From contig JAXLNO010000530.1 of the NCBI GenBank assembly GCA_038087875.1, forward strand, positions 1-39,763: a stretch of DNA of 39,763 nucleotides. The letters run 5' to 3'. This document shows, piece by piece, positions 34,248 to 39,763 of this stretch (position 1 is the first letter of the stretch; each line of letters begins with the position of its first letter). The position numbers and the translations under genes are program-made. Below the pieces are notes generated by a model that saw nothing but the letters and a program-made list of their open reading frames with translations, was not told where the DNA came from and did no database searches. Source of the stretch: Malacoraja senta. Its lineage: Eukaryota.

Positions 34248-34541
34248 ACAGTGATACAGTGTGTAAGCAGGACATTTGTGCCACCAAATCCATACTAACC
34301 AGCAATCGCCCATTCATAATAGATTCCCATCCACCCCCTACACTGTCAGGGTGACTTACCGAGGATGATTACCTGCACACCTGCTCATCTTTGGGATATG
34401 GGAGGAAACCGGAGCTCCCTGAGGTAGCCCACATAGTCACAAGAGAATGTGCAAACTCCACGTAGACAGTACCCGAGGTCCAGATTGAACCTGGGTCTAT
34501 GGCGTTGTGAGGCAGCAGTTCTACCAGCTGCACTACCATGC
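34248..34541 (-). mobile_element. HE1-like V-SINE
   Basis: tRNA-like head and V-domain (GGAGCTCCGGTTTCCTCCCA) on the minus strand. Confidence 0.8.
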
Positions 34542-34894
34542 TGCATTATGTACAAACTCTAAATCCTACACTGACTTTCCCTTCCACTTGTTATATTCAA
34601 CACAATAACTCCTTTACACAGGAGGAAAGTGAACTGCAATTCATCACCAGAATATATCTTACAACAGTGTGATCACAGGCAAGAAACCAGTGATATAGAT
34701 GACTGAATTTACACTAAAACCCTGATCATCCAGCTCTCTTGGGATTTGGGAAATGGTAGATTTTAAGGACTGCTGCATGTTACTCCAAACATACTTTAAT
34801 TCGACTAATTTAAGCACTTGTTGAGCAAGTCAGTGGTTGAGGTGCATCTGTACACTACTATCAGACTTAAGCGGAGGAATACCCATTGTAATTT

Positions 34895-34972
34895 GCCTGA
34901 AGAGTCTCGAACCAGATTGTCACCTATCCATGGTCTCCAGGGATGTTGCCTGACCTGCTGAGTTACTATAGC
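34895..34972 (+). mobile_element. Penelope-derived relic with decayed hammerhead
   Basis: CTGAAGAGTCTCGAACCAGATTGTCACC...GATGTTGCCTGACCTGCTGAGTTAC. Confidence 0.55.
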
Positions 34973-35040
34973 ACTGTCCCTCACATGTCTTTCCCAATCT
35001 TATAAATCAAAAATAGTCAGCATCTTTCTACTTCATAAAG

Positions 35041-35320
35041 AGTCATGGAAATATGCAGCATACAAACATGGCCTTTGTCCCACTGACCTGCACCAACCAT
35101 TCATGTACACTAATCCTATATTTGTCCCACATTCTCATCAGCTCTCCCCACATTGTATCATGCACAATCTAGGGGACAACTAACCTACCAAACAATGTTT
35201 TGGGGATGTGGGAGGAAACCAGAGCACCTGGGGAAACCCACATGGTCACAGGAACAACATGCAAACTCTACAGATACAACAGCCGATGTTGGTATTTAAT
35301 TCAGGTCTTTGGCTCTGTGC
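35041..35320 (-). mobile_element. HE1-like V-SINE, decayed
   Basis: V-domain GGTGCTCTGGTTTCCTCCCACATCCCC on the minus strand. Confidence 0.7.
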
Positions 35321-35447
35321 TGTCCTGTTTCACATTGTAGTCCACCTGTCATGTTGTTGCTCATTCATTCGGCTTTCCACCTTGAACCATTTCTCCCACT
35401 ACTCACATTCCCACTTAATTTGGAGTTTTCCAGCAACAGCGGCCTTG

Positions 35448-35750
35448 GTGGCAGCTACTGTGTGCATCGGTAGAGTTGCTGCCTTACAGTGCTTGCAGAA
35501 CCGGAGACCCGGGTTCGATCCCGACTACTGATGCTGTCTGTCCAAAGTTTGTACGTTCTCCCCATGACCGCGTGGGTTTTCTCCGAGATCTAAGGTTTCC
35601 TCCCACACTCCAAAGACGTACAGGTATGTAGGTTAATTGGCTTGGTGTGCGTGTATAGGATAGTGTTAATGTGCGGGGATCACTGGTCAGCGCAGACTCG
35701 GTGGGCCTAAGGACCTGTTTCGTCACTGTATCTCTAAATTAAACTAAAAC
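35448..35750 (+). mobile_element. HE1-like V-SINE
   Basis: B-box GGGTTCGATCCCG, V-domain and CTGTATCTCTAAATTAAACTAAAAC tail. Confidence 0.85.
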
Positions 35751-35828
35751 AAAACTAGTAAACGTTAAACTGCAACCAATCTGCCTCATAGCTGACTTGG
35801 ATCATTAACAGTGCGAGCCCCCAACAGA

Positions 35829-36143
35829 GCAGCACAGTGTCACAACTCGTAGAGCTGCTGCCTCACAGCGACACAGACCCGGGTTCAATTTTGACCTTGA
35901 GTGCCATCTATGTGGAGTTTGCACGTTCTCCGTGTAACCGCATTGGATCCCTCCAGGGGCTCCGGTTTCCTCACACATCCTAAGATGTGTCAGTTTATAG
36001 TTTAATTGGCCACTGTAAATTGCCCCTAGTGGGTGGGTGACTGGATGAGAAGGTGCAATGAGATAGAATTCATGAGAACAGGTGGTTGTTGGTTGGCATG
36101 GACTCGGTGGGCCGAAAGGACTGCTTGCATGCTGTACTTTTTA
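35829..36143 (+). mobile_element. HE1-like V-SINE
   Basis: Head GTAGAGCTGCTGCCTCACAGC...GGGTTCAATT and V-domain GGCTCCGGTTTCCTC. Confidence 0.8.
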
Positions 36144-36391
36144 ATGACTCATTGATATTTCTAGGATTTGGGGCAGTGAATCCATAATGTATAACATTTT
36201 TTTACACTGAATTCACAATTTTTAAATATCTGATTATCAGAAACATTTAACAACAGCACAAAGACTAGTTGACAGTGGTGACTGTCGAGGCATTTCAGGT
36301 GTAGCTGCTGCCTTATCCTACTTGAGATCGATCATTTCTTCAAGCCCAATACCTTTACTAGCAACAGTGCATCACAATTTTTCCATCTTAC

Positions 36392-36496
36392 CTCTCCTCT
36401 TTTTTCTCCACCAAACAATTACTGCCAAGACAATAGCCAGCAATATCAGCACACACACGGCAATAAGGCCTATGTGCCTGTCTTTCTTCCTATTTC
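36392..36496 (-). CDS. Transmembrane exon of the MHC class I-like gene (GNRKKDRHIGLIAVCVLILLAIVLAVIVWWRKKRR)
   Basis: Acceptor TTCTTATTTTTCACAAG, donor GTAAGA, 105 bp, phase 1/1 matching the alpha-3 exon. It encodes about 21 hydrophobic residues followed by a basic stop-transfer motif. Confidence 0.82.
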
Positions 36497-36567
36497 CTTG
36501 TGAAAAATAAGAATGCATAATTTTACAAATCAATTGCTAAGCTGTGCAGCTAAATAGATGGGCACTG

Positions 36568-36672
36568 TCTGAAGACTTCAGAGTAAAGAAGGGTCTCGAC
36601 CCGAAATGCCACCTATTCCTTTTCTCCAGAGATGCTACCTGACCGCTGAGTTACTCCAGCATTTTGTGTCTA
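36568..36672 (+). mobile_element. Penelope-derived relic, best-preserved hammerhead-like motif
   Basis: TAAAGA-A-GGGTC-TC-GACCC-GAAA-TGCC-ACCT. Stem II is perfect, but the core differs from CUGANGA...GAAA-CGUC. Confidence 0.65.
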
Positions 36673-37086
36673 TATTTGGGGCTTTTCAAGGTATATAAGA
36701 TGATATGGTGTTTTGAATCACGGAGTTCTGCAGCATGGCAAAGGGACAATATATGTTCTGTACAACTCTATGATCTATGGCACCATCACAGCCACAACTT
36801 AATTCATGAAAGAAGGTGAATTTAAAGCAGAAAGCTTTAACCCTATATAAACTAACATTTGTTTTGGGGAAAATGCTGGATTCCTTTCAATAATGGCAGA
36901 ACATTTAAGTAATAACAAAACAATAAAGTGCATTATCAGGGCATTAACAGGAAAATTGTAGAAAGAAAGAGATGCAGATACTGATTTACACAAAAGCTTT
37001 AGTTTAGTTTATTGTCACATGTATTGAGGTAAAGTGAAAAGCTTTTGTTTCATGCTAACCAGTCAGTGGAAAGAATATACATGATA

Positions 37087-37290
37087 GACACAAAATGCTG
37101 GAGTAACTCAGCGGAACAGGCAGCATCTCTGGCGAACATGGATTCATCACCTATTCCTTTTCTCCAGAGATGCTGGCTGACCAGCTGAGTTATTCCAGCA
37201 ATTTGTGTCCATCTTCGGAGTAAACCAGCATTTGCAGTTTCTTCTTACACATGGACAGGTGACGTTTCGTTTTGGGACCCTTCTTCAAAC
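37087..37290. mobile_element. Fold-back Penelope-derived element (46-bp inverted arms) plus minus-strand hammerhead relic
   Basis: 37087-37132 pairs with 37164-37209. The minus strand at 37257-37290 reads TTGAAGAAGGGTCCCAAAACGAAACGTCACCT. Confidence 0.65.
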
Positions 37291-38139
37291 TTTGTTTGAG
37301 AAATTGATTAGAATTCTTTGAAAATGCAACAGGAACCCATAGACAATGTATATTCGAGCAGCAGGTGTGCACAGTCTAAAATTAAAAAACAAAATGATGG
37401 AAAAGCAGAATAGGTAACAAAATTGGAATGAGAAACGAAAGAAATACAATATATTGTAGAGATCCAAACGTCGTGAACAAATCAATGTTTTTTTAAAAGA
37501 AATACAGTTTTGGCACACTCGCGTTTAGTAAGGACTTGAGCAAAGTTCCTGCCATTGTAATCGGGCACACCAGTTGACTGGCGACTGATTCATCACCAAC
37601 TCCCACCAAAACCCTGTCATGTGATAGTCCCAGTTCCCCTGACGAGGGTTCTAGCAATAAGTGGCCTGACCACCAGATGTCGCCAGAATATCTGGATTTT
37701 CATAAGATATCAATCAAGTGATGCAAAGGCTTATGACATTGGGGGTAATAATTAGCATGAATGGAAAAAACAATTAAGAGCAAGCAGAGAGTTGTTTTAA
37801 AGGAGTGTTCAGGTTGGGAAACTGCAACTGCAGGTTGGGAATCAATGCAAGAAAGTGAACTACTTATCGTTGGTATTAAGAGCACATGAAGGGACTGGTG
37901 GCGCTGTAGCCTAGATTGCTGATGATACATAGATAGGTTGGAAATTAAGTTCTGGAGTATGTCAACAGTCTTCAGAGTGAAACATCAGATTCCTTAGTTG
38001 TGCATTGTTCGAGGGAATCTTCAAAAGTGAGCATTTGTGTAGGTTAGTGCAGCATACTTGGAATCAAACTACTACGATCGCTGTTTGTCAGGCAGTTATA
38101 TTTTTTGTTGCTGAATCTGTAACTTGCGTCATGGAACTT

Positions 38140-38850
38140 ACTTCATTAGGTTTAGTTTTATTAATGCCAGATGTTTCAAAATACAGAGCAAAGGTTTGTT
38201 TTGTATGCTATCCAAACAAATTATAAGACTATACATAAATACAAACTCAAAAACAATAGATAGAGCAAAGAGGAGGATACAGAGTACAGAATATCGTTCT
38301 CAGCATTGTAACGCATCAGTTCCATAGACAATGTTCAATGTGCAATGAGGTTGAGGTAAATCGGGCATTAAACCTACATTATGGAAGGACCCTTCCGAAG
38401 CTTGTTAACAGATGGAAAGGGGGTGTTCCTGAGTCTGGCAGTGTATACTTTCAACTTTCTGTACCCATTGCCTGATGGGAGCAGGAAGGAGGAATGACCG
38501 GGGTGGGATAAGTCTCATTTTTCAAGGCAACTTGGTGTAGACTGAATCAATAGTGAGAAGTCTGGCCTGTGTGATGATCTTTAACTCTTTGTATATTCTT
38601 GCAGTCTTGGGCAGTGCAGTTCCCAAATCAAGATGTGATGCAACCCAACAACATGCTTTCTCTAGCAGCATCTATAGATGTTTGCTGGAGTCACCAGAGA
38701 CATGATGAATATTCTCAGTCTCCTGAGGAAGTAGAGGTGTCGGTGTGCCTCCTTGGCTATGTGGCCAGTCCATGACCGAATATTGGATATATTCATGCCA
38801 AGGAACATGAAGCTCTCAATCATTTCCACTTCGGACCATTGATTCAGATT
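38140..38850 (-). mobile_element. Rex1/Babar-type LINE 3' portion in the MHC intron
   Basis: The tail begins TTTAGTTTTATT. The coding relics resemble the Rex-type C-terminus (GGAAGTAGAGG.../CCATTGCCTGATGGGAG). Confidence 0.55.
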
Positions 38851-39186
38851 GGGGCATGTACTCCCCCAGTGCCTTGCTGTTAATCACATCATGAGGAAAG
38901 ATCCATTTTTTATTTAAACATACCTTTCATGGATTTCAGTTCCACCACTGAGAATCTCAAATACTCCTTCCTTGTATATTAGTTATTTATTTACTTTTGA
39001 TAAATGTTCTGTTGACAAAGTCTTCTGCTCTTGTGGAGAGTGGGTGCTGATTACGTGATTGCTTAGAGCAACACCACTAAACAAAGAAAGTTTAAGCATC
39101 TTGGAATATGAGATGTATTCACGATGATTAAAATGGAAACAACAGAAGATAATGATTATCTATGAAAGAATATTTAATGTTCTTAC

Positions 39187-39453
39187 CCCAGATGATGGTC
39201 TTCCCACCGGGCAGGCTGCTGTGATCGACATGACAGGAATACTGTTTCCCATCATATGGATCATACTCAAGGACAGACTTTAGATGATATGTTCCATCGT
39301 TGTTGGGTATGACCCCAGAAGATTTGGTCTCAGAGACATGTTGACCATTCTGTAACCAGCTGACATTGATGGCCGGTGGGTAAAATCCAAACACAGTGCA
39401 GTACAGGACTGAATGGTCATCAGGGCGGGCAGCGGCAGATACCTCAGGGGAAA
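39187..39453 (-). CDS. MHC class I-like alpha-3 (Ig C1-set) exon
   Basis: Translates to xSPEVSAAARPDDHSVLYCTVFGFYPPAINVSWLQNGQHVSETKSSGVIPNNDGTYHLKSVLEYDPYDGKQYSCHVDHSSLPGGKTIIW, with C1-set Cys/Trp/Cys and the PN.DGTY motif. It is 267 bp, phase 1/1, with donor GTAAGA at 39186. The acceptor position reads AA rather than AG. Confidence 0.82.
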
Positions 39454-39589
39454 TTACAAGACAGTAAGATGGTTATTTTCACCTTCAGTAAAACTTGCAC
39501 AGTCACCCACAACAAAATATTCTTCAGTCTACTACAACCACCAAGTTACTGTCCACATCTACCCCGCTTTGCCTCTTTTGTCCCATCAA

Positions 39590-39720
39590 CCAACCACGTG
39601 GTTTAAAAGGGATCGCACGCTCCCTGTTAAGACAGTACACAAGAAAGTTTGAAAGTACGTACCATTAAATTCAGGAACAGTTTCTTCCCCACTGTTATTG
39701 GACTACTGAATGGTTCTCAT
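39590..39720 (+). mobile_element. Rex1/Babar-type LINE C-terminal relic
   Basis: TTGAAAGTACGTACC...TTCAGGAACAGTTTCTTCCCCACTGTTATT resembles the ..RNSFFP.. end of Rex-type ORFs. Confidence 0.5.
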
Positions 39721-39763
39721 GTAAGATAAGATGTTGCCCTGATCTTCCAACCAATCTCATTGT

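Noticed and set aside
2754-36143. tRNA genes
   Set aside because: The A/B-box-like segments are SINE heads followed by V-domain and LINE-like tails; no complete cloverleaf was found.
36568-36615. Active hammerhead ribozyme
   Set aside because: The core reads UAAAGA rather than CUGANGA and the cleavage region is UGCC rather than CGUC, so it is reported only as a relic.
37290-37377. Extra MHC exon after a strong minus-strand acceptor (TTTTTTAATTTTAG at 37377-37376)
   Set aside because: The phase-1 reading stops after about 22 codons, with no donor and no recognisable domain. It cannot be supported without cDNA.
39187-39453. MHC class II beta-2 or immunoglobulin constant exon
   Set aside because: It lacks the NGDWT motif of class II beta. 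The GFYP, PNNDGTY, HSSL pattern with a directly following TM exon fits class I alpha-3 better, though class II alpha is not fully excluded.

Overview
This is repeat-saturated eukaryotic genomic DNA, most likely from a cartilaginous fish (skate/ray). That assignment is an inference from HE1-like V-SINEs, shark-type CR1 LINEs and the style of the zinc-finger and MHC sequences. Host-gene content is small. There is one frameshifted C2H2 zinc-finger exon (+, about 3168-4402). There is also the 3' part of an MHC class I-like gene on the minus strand: an alpha-3 Ig-C1 exon at 39187-39453 and a TM exon at 36392-36496 that the ORF track misses. The alpha-3 exon has AA in place of the canonical AG splice acceptor. 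The rest is nested transposons: a Ty3/Gypsy integrase with PPT and LTR start, two RTEX-like LINE fragments, a 5'-truncated CR1 whose ORF2 is open but lacks the endonuclease catalytic Glu, a full-length L1 bounded by a 16-bp TSD and interrupted by a young CR1 3' end, a second decayed L1, L2 and Rex1/Babar fragments, a hAT-like MITE with an 8-bp TSD, about seven V-SINEs, and a Penelope relic. A family of short, often fold-back Penelope-derived elements carries decayed minimal hammerhead-ribozyme motifs; none is fully intact here. I see no prokaryotic features or CRISPR. I cannot demonstrate a wholly new system. The best leads are the hammerhead-bearing fold-back family, the splice-defective MHC class I-like gene and the palindromic-core minisatellite.
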